From NCBI GenBank assembly GCA_027045875.1, contig JALUAG010000052.1, positions 55,054-119,053 of the forward strand: DNA of 64,000 bases. The letters are read 5' to 3'. The notes below the pieces were generated by a model. It ran no database searches and was not told the origin of the DNA. It saw only the letters and a list, made by a program, of their open reading frames with translations. This stretch comes from Alphaproteobacteria bacterium (GTDB taxonomy: Bacteria > Pseudomonadota > Alphaproteobacteria > Geminicoccales > Geminicoccaceae). Made by a program: the position numbers and the translations under genes. Below are positions 1 to 8,310 of the stretch, piece after piece. Each line of letters begins with the position of its first letter. Position 1 is the first letter of the stretch.

Positions 1-3000
1 AGGCGAACGGTCGCCGCAACGGCCGCAGGGCGGCGGAGGAGCATCTGCTGCTGGTGCAGAACGAGATCGGCTACCGCAATCTCTGCCGGCTGCTGAGCGA
101 CGCCTACCTCGGGGCCGAGGAGGCGGCGCGGCCGCGGCTGTCCCTCGACGGCCTGCTGGCCGCTTCGGAGGGGCTGCTGCTGCTCACCGGCGGCGCCTTC
201 GGTCCGCTGGGCGGCCTCCTGCGCCGGCGCGAGAGGGAGGCCGCGCGCGAGCTGCTGCTGCGCCTGCGGGACGGATTCCCGGGCCGCCTCTACATCGAGC
301 TGCAGCGACACGGGCTCGAGGAGGAGGCGGCGACCGAGGAGACCTTCCTCGAATGGGCCTACGCCTTCGATCTGCCGCTGGTGGCGACCAACGACGTCCA
401 TTTCCTGCACGAGGAGATGTACGAGGCACAACAGGCGCTCCTGTGCATCGGCGCCGGCACCACCATGGACGATCCGGAGCGGCCGCGCCTCACCCCCGAA
501 CACCGCTTCAAGACGGCGGAGGAGATGGCGCGGCTGTTCGAGGACCTGCCGGAAGCCGTCGCCAACAGCCTCGTGATCGCCCGCCGCTGTGCCTATGCGG
601 CACCGAGCCGGCCGCCCATTCTCCCGCATTTCCCGACCGAGGAGGGGCGCGACGAGGCGGAGGAGCTCCGCATCCGGGCGCGGCAGGGGCTCGCGCGACG
701 GCTCGAAGCCCATGTGTTCGCGCCCGATGTAGACGAAGACGAACGCGAACGCGCCGCGCGCCCCTACCGGGAACGGCTCGAATACGAGCTCGACGTCATC
801 GTCCAGATGAAGTTCCCGGGCTACTTCCTGATCGTCGCCGACTTCATCCAGTGGGCCAAGGACCAGGGCATCCCGGTGGGGCCCGGGCGCGGCTCGGGTG
901 CCGGCTCGGTGGTCGCCTGGAGCCTCCGCATCACCGACCTCGATCCGCTGCGCTTCGGTCTCCTGTTCGAGCGCTTCCTCAACCCCGAGCGGGTGTCGAT
1001 GCCCGACTTCGACATCGATTTCTGCCAGGACCGCCGCGACGAGGTGATCCGCTACGTGCAGCGGAAGTACGGCGCCGACCGGGTGGCCCACATCATCACC
1101 TTCGGCAAGCTGCAGGCCCGCGCCGTGCTGCGGGACGTGGGCCGCGTGCTGGGTCTGCCCTTCGGCCTCGTCGACCGGATCTGCAAGCTGGTGCCGCACA
1201 ATCCGGCCAACCCACCCAGTCTCGACCAGGCGCTCGAGATGGAGCCGCGGCTGCGCGAGTATCGCGACCGCGATCCCAACGTCGCCCGCATGATCGACAT
1301 CGCGCGTAGGCTCGAGGGCCTGCCGCGCCACGCCTCCACCCACGCCGCCGGGGTGGTGATCGGCGATCGCCCGCTGACCGAGCTCGTGCCCCTCTACCGC
1401 GATCCCCGCTCCGACATGCCGGTCACCCAGTTCGACATGAAGGACGTGGAGAAGGCGGGGCTGGTCAAGTTCGACTTCCTCGGTCTCACCACCCTCACCA
1501 TGCTGCGGCTGGCCCAGGATCTCGTGCGGGCGCGCGGCGTGCCGCTCGATCTCGAGAAGCTGGGGCTCGACGATCCGGCAACTTACGCCCTCCTCGGCCG
1601 GGCCGAGACGGCCGGCGTGTTCCAGCTGGAATCGAGCGGCATGCGGGATGCGCTCAAGAAGCTTCGGCCCGACTGCTTCGAAGACATCATCGCCATGGTG
1701 TCCCTCTACCGGCCGGGGCCGATGGACAACATCCCGCGCTACATCAACGTCAAGCACGGCATCGAGCAGGCGAGCTATCTCCATCCCGCGCTGGCGCCCA
1801 TCCTCGAGGAGACCAACGGCGTCATCATCTACCAGGAACAGGTGATGGAGATCGCCAAGCAGCTCGCCGGCTACAGCCTGGGCGGCGCCGATCTGCTCCG
1901 CCGTGCCATGGGCAAGAAGATCAAGGCCGAGATGGACGCCCAGCGGGAGGTCTTCGTGCGCGGTGCCGGTGAGCGGGGGATCCCCGAGGATCGGGCGGCG
2001 GCGATCTTCGAGCAGGTGGCCAAGTTCGCCTCCTACGGCTTCAACAAGAGCCATGCCGCGGCCTACGCGCTGCTCGCCTACCAGACCGCCTATCTCAAGG
2101 CCAACCACCCGGTCGAGTTCTACGCCGCGGTGCTGACGATGGAAATGGCCAACCAGGACAAGCTCGCCGCCCATCGCCAGGAGATGCGCCGCCGGGGCAT
2201 CCCCCTCTATCCGCCGGACGTCAACGCCTCCGCCGAGCGCTTCCTCGTGGAGGAGGGGGTCGAGGGCGCGGGCGTGCGCTACGCGCTGGCCGCCCTCAAG
2301 GGGGTGGGTGTGCAGGCGGTGCGCGCCATCGTCGCCGAGCGCGAGCGCGGCGGGCCGTTCGCCGATCTCTTCGATCTCGCCGCTCGGGTGGGGACGCGGA
2401 TCCTCAACCGGCGTCTCCTCGAGGCGCTGGTGCGCGCGGGGGCCTTCGACCGTCTGGAGCCCAACCGCCGGCGGCTGTTCGAGGGCATCGAGGCGGCGCT
2501 GCGCTACGCCCAGGCCTGGGCGGCGTGCGAGGAGGATCAGCAGGCGAGCCTGTTCGGCGGCGAGGTGATCCGCCCCCGGCGGCCCGAGCTCCCCGAGTGC
2601 GACGACTGGAGCCAGCTCGAACGCCTGCGCGAGGAGGCGAGCGTGGTCGGCTTCTATCTCTCGGCCCATCCCCTCGACGCCTATGCGGGCGAGCTCGAAC
2701 GGCTGGAGGTGGTCTCCGCCGCCGCCCTGTTCGACGATCCGGCGGCCTTCGAGGGGCGGCGGGTGCGTCTCGCCGGGGTGGTGATCGGCAAGCAGGAGCG
2801 CACGGGGGGCCGCAGTCGCTACGCCTTCGTCCAGCTTTCGGACGCCAGCGCCCAGTTCGAGGTGACGGTGTTCGCGGATCTGCTCGCCCGCAGTCGCGAG
2901 CTTCTGGAGGGACAGACGCCGCTGCTGCTGGAGGCGGACGCGCGGGTCGACGGTGGCGAGGTCAAGCTCGTGGCGCAGCGGATCGCACCGCTCGAACTGC

Positions 3001-3245
3001 GGGCCGCTGCCGGCGGCGCCCTGGAGCTGCGGGTGACCGAACCCGCGACCCTGGCGGCGCTCGCCCGCATCGTGGAGCGCGGGGCCGGGAGCGGCCTGCG
3101 GCTGCGTCTCCTGCTGGTGACCGCCGGCGGCGAGGAGGTGCTGGTGGAGCTGCCCGCGGATTGGGTCCTGCCCTGGCCGAACCGCCCGGACGTCGAGCGG
3201 CTGCCGGGCGTCGCCGCCGTGCGCGAGGCGCCGGCGCTGCATTGA
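1..3245 (+). CDS. dnaE: DNA polymerase III alpha subunit, 5' end outside window
   Basis: The reading frame is open to the window edge. The translation has Pol III alpha hallmarks (GRGSGAGS, PDFDIDF catalytic aspartates, KFDFLGL, FQLES, a C-terminal OB region). The N-terminal PHP part is missing. Confidence 0.95.
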   Translation, partial: ANGRRNGRRAAEEHLLLVQNEIGYRNLCRLLSDAYLGAEEAARPRLSLDGLLAASEGLLLLTGGAFGPLGGLLRRREREAARELLLRLRDGFPGRLYIELQRHGLEEEAATEETFLEWAYAFDLPLVATNDVHFLHEEMYEAQQALLCIGAGTTMDDPERPRLTPEHRFKTAEEMARLFEDLPEAVANSLVIARRCAYAAPSRPPILPHFPTEEGRDEAEELRIRARQGLARRLEAHVFAPDVDEDERERAARPYRERLEYELDVIVQMKFPGYFLIVADFIQWAKDQGIPVGPGRGSGAGSVVAWSLRITDLDPLRFGLLFERFLNPERVSMPDFDIDFCQDRRDEVIRYVQRKYGADRVAHIITFGKLQARAVLRDVGRVLGLPFGLVDRICKLVPHNPANPPSLDQALEMEPRLREYRDRDPNVARMIDIARRLEGLPRHASTHAAGVVIGDRPLTELVPLYRDPRSDMPVTQFDMKDVEKAGLVKFDFLGLTTLTMLRLAQDLVRARGVPLDLEKLGLDDPATYALLGRAETAGVFQLESSGMRDALKKLRPDCFEDIIAMVSLYRPGPMDNIPRYINVKHGIEQASYLHPALAPILEETNGVIIYQEQVMEIAKQLAGYSLGGADLLRRAMGKKIKAEMDAQREVFVRGAGERGIPEDRAAAIFEQVAKFASYGFNKSHAAAYALLAYQTAYLKANHPVEFYAAVLTMEMANQDKLAAHRQEMRRRGIPLYPPDVNASAERFLVEEGVEGAGVRYALAALKGVGVQAVRAIVAERERGGPFADLFDLAARVGTRILNRRLLEALVRAGAFDRLEPNRRRLFEGIEAALRYAQAWAACEEDQQASLFGGEVIRPRRPELPECDDWSQLERLREEASVVGFYLSAHPLDAYAGELERLEVVSAAALFDDPAAFEGRRVRLAGVVIGKQERTGGRSRYAFVQLSDASAQFEVTVFADLLARSRELLEGQTPLLLEADARVDGGEVKLVAQRIAPLELRAAAGGALELRVTEPATLAALARIVERGAGSGLRLRLLLVTAGGEEVLVELPADWVLPWPNRPDVERLPGVAAVREAPALH

Positions 3246-3297
3246 GCGCGGGGAGAACAGCGGTCCGCCGGGGCGTTCGCGGTCGCGGTGGGCCGCC

Positions 3298-3326
3298 TTG
3301 ACAAGCCCCCGGCCGCTACCTATTCC
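3298..3326 (+). promoter_or_regulatory. Sigma70-like promoter for tRNA-Gln
   Basis: TTGACA (3298-3303), 17-nt spacer, TATTCC (3321-3326), about 16 nt upstream of the mature tRNA 5' end. Confidence 0.4.
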
Positions 3327-3342
3327 TCCGCTCGTCCCGGCT

Positions 3343-3416
3343 TGGGGGATAGTTTAACGGTAGAACTCTCGGCTCTGGACCGAGCAGTCCTGGTTCGAAT
3401 CCAGGTCCCCCAGCCA
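3343..3416 (+). tRNA. tRNA-Gln (anticodon CTG)
   Basis: 74-nt cloverleaf folded by hand. Acceptor TGGGGGA/TCCCCCA, D-stem GTTT/GAAC, anticodon stem CTCGG/CCGAG with loop CTCTGGA, T-arm CCTGG-TTCGAAT-CCAGG, discriminator G, encoded CCA. The 3' half is close to E. coli tRNA-Gln. Confidence 0.9.
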
Positions 3417-3504
3417 GCCGGACGATCGGCAATCCCGTGTCGCGGGACTACCGGGCGGCCGCACCGGACCAGCGCGATCGGTCCGGCCCGCGCGCGGACG
3501 CGGA

Positions 3505-4143
3505 TCAGCTGTCGCCGTCTTCCTCCGATTTCGCCACCACGCTCTTGAGCCGCAGCCGCTCGCGCGACTTGGCGCCGAGGCGGGGCGTCGGGCCGGTGTT
3601 GGCGGCTGGCCCGGCGGCATCGGAAAGCGCGGGCGATTCCTCCTTCTGCTCGCGCTGGCTCGGCGGTGGCGGCACCCGCGCCTGCTCGACCGCCGCACTG
3701 CTGGTGGTCACGGCGAGGGACAGCGCGACTTCGCGCAGCCGTTCCGCCGACACCTCGTTGGGCGCCTCCACTGCCGGCGCCGGCTCCGCCGCGGCCGTCT
3801 CCTGCTCCTGGAGCATGGCTTCGGCGTCGGCCACGGTCAGCTTCAGGCGCGCGAGCTGCTCGAAGAATTCCTCCCGCGCCGCCGGCGGCAGCCGGTCGAC
3901 AGCGCGCTCGGCCACCAGCCGTTCGGCCTGGGCGAGCACGTTTCGCGCGTGCACCGCCTGACCGGACGCCTTGACGTTGCCGGCCAGCATCTGGGCGAGG
4001 GACTTGGTCGCCGGCTGGAGCAGCGGCAGCAGTTCCGCCGCACTCTGCGGCACGCGCCGGCCGTTGCCATCACGCTGGCGTCGGGGGCCCCCCTTCGGCC
4101 GCTTCTTGGGACGACGGTATGGAAACATCGGTTTCGGTTTCAT
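3505..4143 (-). CDS. Hypothetical protein (basic N-terminus, acidic C-terminus)
   Basis: 212-aa ORF with protein-like composition, unlike the Arg/Pro-rich overlapping frames. The N-terminus is basic (KRPKGGPRRQR), the middle looks helical and the tail is acidic. No family recognised. Start is ambiguous (ATG 4143 or ATG 4128). Confidence 0.45.
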   Translation of the reverse strand: MKPKPMFPYRRPKKRPKGGPRRQRDGNGRRVPQSAAELLPLLQPATKSLAQMLAGNVKASGQAVHARNVLAQAERLVAERAVDRLPPAAREEFFEQLARLKLTVADAEAMLQEQETAAAEPAPAVEAPNEVSAERLREVALSLAVTTSSAAVEQARVPPPPSQREQKEESPALSDAAGPAANTGPTPRLGAKSRERLRLKSVVAKSEEDGDS

Positions 4144-4472
4144 TCCTCCGCTCGCTGCTGGCGGACTCGAAGGGAAGTCGCTGTCTGCGGTGTGCTCTTC
4201 GCGCGCCGACGCTGCCTCTGCTGTCCGCCCACGGTCTCGTCCCGCCGGCCGGAAGGCGACAGATACCCCTTCAGGACTCGCGGCGTCCCGACAGAGCCGA
4301 ATTGCTCTCCCGAGTGCCGATCAACACGTCAGGTCCGACCTTCCCGCCTCCGAATGCCGGAAGGTGTGTGCTTGTCCTTGGTCCTACAAGTAACGATTGC
4401 CGACTCCTTTTCAAGCCAAAAACGCGTGACGAGGATTTCCCGTTCCTCGGGACCCCATGGTCATCCCCCCGT

Positions 4473-5108
4473 CTACCCGGGGGTTCCGCGCAGGCTCCGG
4501 CACGCCCGAACCGGAGGCCGCGAATCCCCTTCCACCCTCCTCAGGAGGAGACGCGGCGCTCCCCCCTCTCCCGGCAGCAGGCGGCCGCCGCCACGGCGAA
4601 CCCGGAGGGCCACCAGTGTCCACAGGATGCCGCCCGGAACCGGAAGCTCGCCGCCTCCCGCGGCCTCCGGACGGAGCAGGGCCAGGCGCCGGCGTTCCAC
4701 CACCCGCAGCCGGCGTACCGCGCAGCGGTCCTTGGCCGCAAGGAGCTCGAGGGCGGCGCGGATCTCCCCGGCGGCCACCAGCACGGTCACGGCCGGCGGC
4801 TTCTCCTCGACGATGCCCGAGAGCAGCTCGCCGAGGGGGACGGCACGCGGCCTCGGGCGCGGCTTCGCGCGCAGCCGGTCGATCGCCTGGCAGTGCCGCA
4901 GATGCATCTCCAGCGCCCGCGCCGCCTCGGCGACGGTCCCCGCCGCCGCGAGGCCCTCCGCCGAGAGCGGGCCGGCGGCGCCCGCCAGCAGGAGCTCGCT
5001 CGCCCCGCGCAGGGCATTGAGACAGGTGAACAGCTCGTGCGCGGCGAACCAGGGTCGTTCCTCACAGTCGGAGTGATCGGTGGTGGCATCGGCGGGTGAC
5101 CCGCTCAT
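4473..5108 (-). CDS. Stand-alone DHp (H-box) protein with degenerate kinase-like C-terminal domain; ChpT-like histidine phosphotransferase candidate
   Basis: 211 aa. The H-box AAHELFTCLNALRGASELL starts at His24. No TM segment and no N/G1/G2 ATP-binding boxes are visible in the C-terminal half. The last ~40 aa are Arg-rich, so the 3' end is uncertain. Confidence 0.4.
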   Translation of the reverse strand: MSGSPADATTDHSDCEERPWFAAHELFTCLNALRGASELLLAGAAGPLSAEGLAAAGTVAEAARALEMHLRHCQAIDRLRAKPRPRPRAVPLGELLSGIVEEKPPAVTVLVAAGEIRAALELLAAKDRCAVRRLRVVERRRLALLRPEAAGGGELPVPGGILWTLVALRVRRGGGRLLPGEGGAPRLLLRRVEGDSRPPVRACRSLRGTPG

Positions 5109-5156
5109 GGGACGTTCTTCCTCGATTCCTTCGTTCGCACCGTGAACCCGCGTCCC

Positions 5157-5177
5157 CGGCCGCCCCTCGGGCGGCCG
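5157..5177 (-). terminator. GC-rich hairpin downstream of the BTLCP gene
   Basis: CGGCCGCCC-CTC-GGGCGGCCG (9-bp stem) about 45 nt past the stop at 5223. No clear U-tract. Confidence 0.3.
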
Positions 5178-5222
5178 TGCCCCCCGCGCGAGGCAGTCCC
5201 CCCTGCCGCTGCGTGCCGCCGG

Positions 5223-5906
5223 TCAGCGTTGCGCGGTCGACTTGCCGCCGGCCGGGCGCGGGGCGGCGCTCGGAACGTGCACCCAGCGGGTGGTGGCGTT
5301 CACCGAGTAGTAGGGTCGGTACTGAGGCACCGCCTCGTCCGGGCGGATGCTGTCGGTGACGTTGTCGAGGAGCAGCACCTGACCGCCGACGTGCACGGCG
5401 AGGACGGCGTGATCGATGCCGCGTTCGGTATCCCGCAGCACGACGATGCGCATCTCCTCGTCGGGCACGCCGAGAGCGCGCAGGCTCACGTATTTGAAGA
5501 TGGCGTAGTCCTCGCAGTCGCCCGAGCGGTCGAGGAACTCGAGAGGCGAAGCCCAGTAGTCGTTGACCCCGTAGTTCGCCGGGTCGACGATGTAGCGGTT
5601 GCGGTTGGCGAAGCGGTTGACGGCCTCAAGCTGCCGGGCCCGCGGCTGGTCGCGCAGGCTGTTCAGAAGCTCCTGCCATTCCCGGACCAGAGGGTCGGGG
5701 CAATCGGCGGCACTGGCGGCACAGCGGCGGTAGACGGGCCGCTCGTCTTCGATCCGGCGCAGGACGTCCTCCCATTTCGGCAACGGGAGACGTTCCGACG
5801 CCGAAAGGGGGACGGTGCCGAGGAGCCGGGGCACGGTGGCATGGGCGGCGGGGGCGGCGAACAGGGCGGTGGTCACAAACGCGAGCAGGGCGATGGTCCG
5901 TGGCAT
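5223..5906 (-). CDS. Periplasmic transglutaminase-like cysteine protease (BTLCP / LapG-like, peptidase C93)
   Basis: Signal peptide (MPRTIALLAFVTTALFAAPAAHA). Cys-His-Asp triad motifs GDCEDYAIFKY, IDHAVLAV and LLLDN, typical of the BTLCP family. Confidence 0.85.
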   Translation of the reverse strand: MPRTIALLAFVTTALFAAPAAHATVPRLLGTVPLSASERLPLPKWEDVLRRIEDERPVYRRCAASAADCPDPLVREWQELLNSLRDQPRARQLEAVNRFANRNRYIVDPANYGVNDYWASPLEFLDRSGDCEDYAIFKYVSLRALGVPDEEMRIVVLRDTERGIDHAVLAVHVGGQVLLLDNVTDSIRPDEAVPQYRPYYSVNATTRWVHVPSAAPRPAGGKSTAQR

Positions 5907-5957
5907 GGATCGTTCCGGGTTTGTGGGGCATCCGGAACCGATGATGAGGGAAACCTG

Positions 5958-5973
5958 TTACGATTAGTTTAAC
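5958..5973 (-). promoter_or_regulatory. Near-consensus CtrA box (TTAC-N7-TTAAC)
   Basis: TTACGATTAGTTTAAC lies in an AT-rich patch 52-67 nt upstream of the BTLCP start codon. It has one mismatch to TTAA-N7-TTAAC. Confidence 0.25.
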
Positions 5974-6215
5974 GGAGAACGCATATATCAACCATAGGTA
6001 GATTTCGCTCTCTTGCCACCTGCCGACGGGGCCGGGAGGTGGCTGCGGCGGGCGGTGAACCCTGCGGTGCGATGGCTTCCGGCGGAGCGTGCCGGCGAGG
6101 GGAAGGCGCGCCGGGTCGCGTTCGAACGGGCGCGGCCGCAAGCCATCATGCGCCCCTTTCCTTGCCGAAAGGTAAAGGCGGGCCGGTATTCCTCGCCGGG
6201 CGCGCGGGGGGAAAC

Positions 6216-6246
6216 TTGACCTTGCCGCGACCGCAACCTTTACCGT
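6216..6246 (+). promoter_or_regulatory. Candidate copZ promoter with 19-bp spacer (MerR/CueR-type geometry)
   Basis: TTGACC (6216-6221), 19-nt spacer, TACCGT (6241-6246). The layout resembles E. coli PcopA (TTGACC-19-TAACCT), but the spacer dyad is only partial (TTGC...GCAA). Confidence 0.3.
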
Positions 6247-6283
6247 TCCGGGGGATACGCCACCGGAACGATGGAGAGACGCC

Positions 6284-6493
6284 ATGGAGCTGCGGGTCGA
6301 AGGCATGAGTTGCGGGCACTGCGCCAGGGCCGTGCGCGAGGCGATCGTCGCCGCCTGTCCGGGGGCGACGGTGGAGGTCGACCTCGAGGCGGGGGTGGTG
6401 ACGGTGGAGGGCACCGAGGACCGCGGGGCGGTGGTCCGTGCCGTGCGCAACGCCGGCTACGAGGTCGAGGAAGAGGTGCTCGGCGACGGCTAG
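6284..6493 (+). CDS. copZ: Heavy-metal-associated domain copper chaperone
   Basis: 69 aa with the GMSCGHC metal-binding motif near the N-terminus and an HMA-like fold pattern. GGAGAG RBS at 6273-6278. Confidence 0.9.
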   Translation: MELRVEGMSCGHCARAVREAIVAACPGATVEVDLEAGVVTVEGTEDRGAVVRAVRNAGYEVEEEVLGDG

Positions 6494-6656
6494 GCGGGTC
6501 GAAGGTCGCCGGATGACGGCGGGCGGGCGGAGCGGCGGATGCCGGCCCGCCTCCGGTCCCGGGCCGAAGCCCCTTTCAAGCGGTCGCCGGCTGGGTTAGG
6601 TGTAGGCGGCGGGCCGGCGGGCCCGAGCGGCATTGTTCCAGTGCAGGGAGTGCATC

Positions 6657-8255
6657 GTGAAACGGCAACCGGGATTGGTCTCGCTGGCGACGCTGGCACT
6701 GACCTTGGTCGCACCGGCAGTCGGTGCCAAGACCCTCGTCTACTGTTCGGAAGGCAGCCCCGAGGGCTTCAATCCGGCCTTCTACACGGCCGGCACCACC
6801 TTCGACGCCTCTTCGAGACCGATCTTCAATCGGCTGGTGGAGTTCTCGCCGGGAACCACCGAGATCGTGCCGGCACTGGCCCTGGGCTGGCAGATTTCCG
6901 GGGACGGGCTCACCTATACCTTCGAGCTCCGCAAGGGCGTGAAGTGGCAGACCACCAAGAACTTCACGCCGAGCCGCGATTTCAACGCCGACGACGTGAT
7001 CTTCACCTTCGAGCGGCAGTGGAAGAAGGACCATCCCTACAACACCGTCGGCGGCGCGTCCTACGAATACTTCGAGAGCATGGGCCTTCCCGGCCTCCTC
7101 GACCGGATCGAGAAGGTGGACGACTACACCGTGCGCTTCGTGCTGAAGCAGCCGGAGGCGCCCTTCCTCGCCAATCTGGCGATGGACTTCGCGTCCATCT
7201 TCTCCGCCGAATACGCCGACGAGATGATGCAGGCGGGAACGCCCGAGAAGGTGGATCTGGAGCCCGTCGGCACCGGTCCCTTCCAGCTCGTCAGCTATCA
7301 GAAGGACGCGGTCATCCGCTACAAGGCCCATCCCGACTACTGGCGGGGCAAGGCCAAGATCGACAATCTGGTGTTCGCCATCACCCCCGACGCTTCGGTG
7401 CGCTACCAGAAGCTCAAGGCGGGGGAATGCCAGATCATGCCCTACCCCAATCCCGCCGACATCGAGGCGATGAAGGCCGATCCCGACATCGTGGTGCTCG
7501 AGCAGGAAGGGCTCAACGTCGGCTATCTCGCCTTCAACACCGAGAAGGCGCCCTTCGACAACCGCCTCGTGCGGCAGGCGCTCAACATGGCCGTCAACAA
7601 GCAGGCCATCATCGACGCCGTGTTCCAGGGCGCGGCCAAGATCGCCAAGAACCCGATCCCGCCCACCATGTGGTCGTACAACGACGCGGTGCGCGACTAT
7701 CCCTACGATCCGGAGGCGGCCAAGCGCCTGCTGGCCGAAGCCGGCTATGCCGGCGGCTTCAAGACCGACATCTGGGCGATGCCGGTGCAGCGGCCCTACA
7801 ATCCCAACGCCCGCCGCATGGCCGAGCTCATCCAGGCCGACTGGAAGGCGATCGGAGTCGAGGCCGAGATCGTCTCCTTCGAATGGGGCGAGTATCTCAA
7901 GCGCTCCAAGCAGGGCGAGCACGGCACCCTGCTCCTCGGCTGGACCGGCGACAACGGCGATCCCGACAACTTCCTCTACGTGCTCCTGGGCTGCGAGGCG
8001 GCCAAGGACGGCACCAACCGCGCCCGCTGGTGCAACGAGCGCTTCGAGGATCTCGTGGTGCGGGCCAAGCGCACCACCGACATCGCGGAGCGCACCCGCC
8101 TCTACGAGGAGGCACAGCTCGTGTTCAAGGAAGAGGCGCCCTGGATCACCATCGCCCACTCGGTGGTCTTCATGCCGATGCGCAAGGAGGTGAAGGGCTA
8201 CGTGATGGATCCCCTGGGCGGCCACAGCTTCTACACCGTCGATCTGGTGGAGTAG
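6657..8255 (+). CDS. dppA: Dipeptide ABC transporter periplasmic binding protein
   Basis: The translation aligns by eye along its full length with E. coli DppA (KTLVYCSEGSPEGFNP, RLVEF, PVQRPYNPNARRMAE, GWTGDNGDPDNF). I prefer the GTG at 6657, which has an AGGGAG RBS 6 nt upstream, over the track's TTG at 6633. Confidence 0.93.
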   Translation: MKRQPGLVSLATLALTLVAPAVGAKTLVYCSEGSPEGFNPAFYTAGTTFDASSRPIFNRLVEFSPGTTEIVPALALGWQISGDGLTYTFELRKGVKWQTTKNFTPSRDFNADDVIFTFERQWKKDHPYNTVGGASYEYFESMGLPGLLDRIEKVDDYTVRFVLKQPEAPFLANLAMDFASIFSAEYADEMMQAGTPEKVDLEPVGTGPFQLVSYQKDAVIRYKAHPDYWRGKAKIDNLVFAITPDASVRYQKLKAGECQIMPYPNPADIEAMKADPDIVVLEQEGLNVGYLAFNTEKAPFDNRLVRQALNMAVNKQAIIDAVFQGAAKIAKNPIPPTMWSYNDAVRDYPYDPEAAKRLLAEAGYAGGFKTDIWAMPVQRPYNPNARRMAELIQADWKAIGVEAEIVSFEWGEYLKRSKQGEHGTLLLGWTGDNGDPDNFLYVLLGCEAAKDGTNRARWCNERFEDLVVRAKRTTDIAERTRLYEEAQLVFKEEAPWITIAHSVVFMPMRKEVKGYVMDPLGGHSFYTVDLVE

Positions 8256-8279
8256 GCCGGCGGGCTCCGGGGACGTGGC

Positions 8280-8310
8280 GGGGCGGCCTTCGGGCCGCCC
8301 CGTTCCGTTT
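8280..8310. terminator. Hairpin between convergent dppA and the acyl-CoA dehydrogenase gene
   Basis: GGGGCGGCC-TTCG-GGCCGCCCC followed by GTTCCGTTTC on the plus strand. Confidence 0.5.

Noticed and set aside
4325-4365. GTCAGGTCCGA...CCGGAAGG, reminiscent of the SRP (4.5S) RNA domain IV motif GUCAGGUCCGGAAGGAAGCAGC.
   Set aside because: The two pieces are separated by ~20 unrelated nt. The GGAA tetraloop context and the flanking conserved helix are absent. No complementary 5'/3' closing stem is visible.
3343-5108. tRNA-Gln followed by hypothetical genes, considered as a possible genomic-island integration site.
   Set aside because: No integrase, recombinase or mobility gene is present. I found no direct repeat of the tRNA 3' end downstream. 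The flanking genes look like ordinary alphaproteobacterial core or accessory genes.
6222-6240. A full CueR/MerR palindromic operator in the copZ promoter spacer.
   Set aside because: Only TTGC...GCAA pairs. The flanking ACCTT elements form a direct repeat, not an inverted one. The operator call is therefore unsupported and only the spacer geometry is reported.
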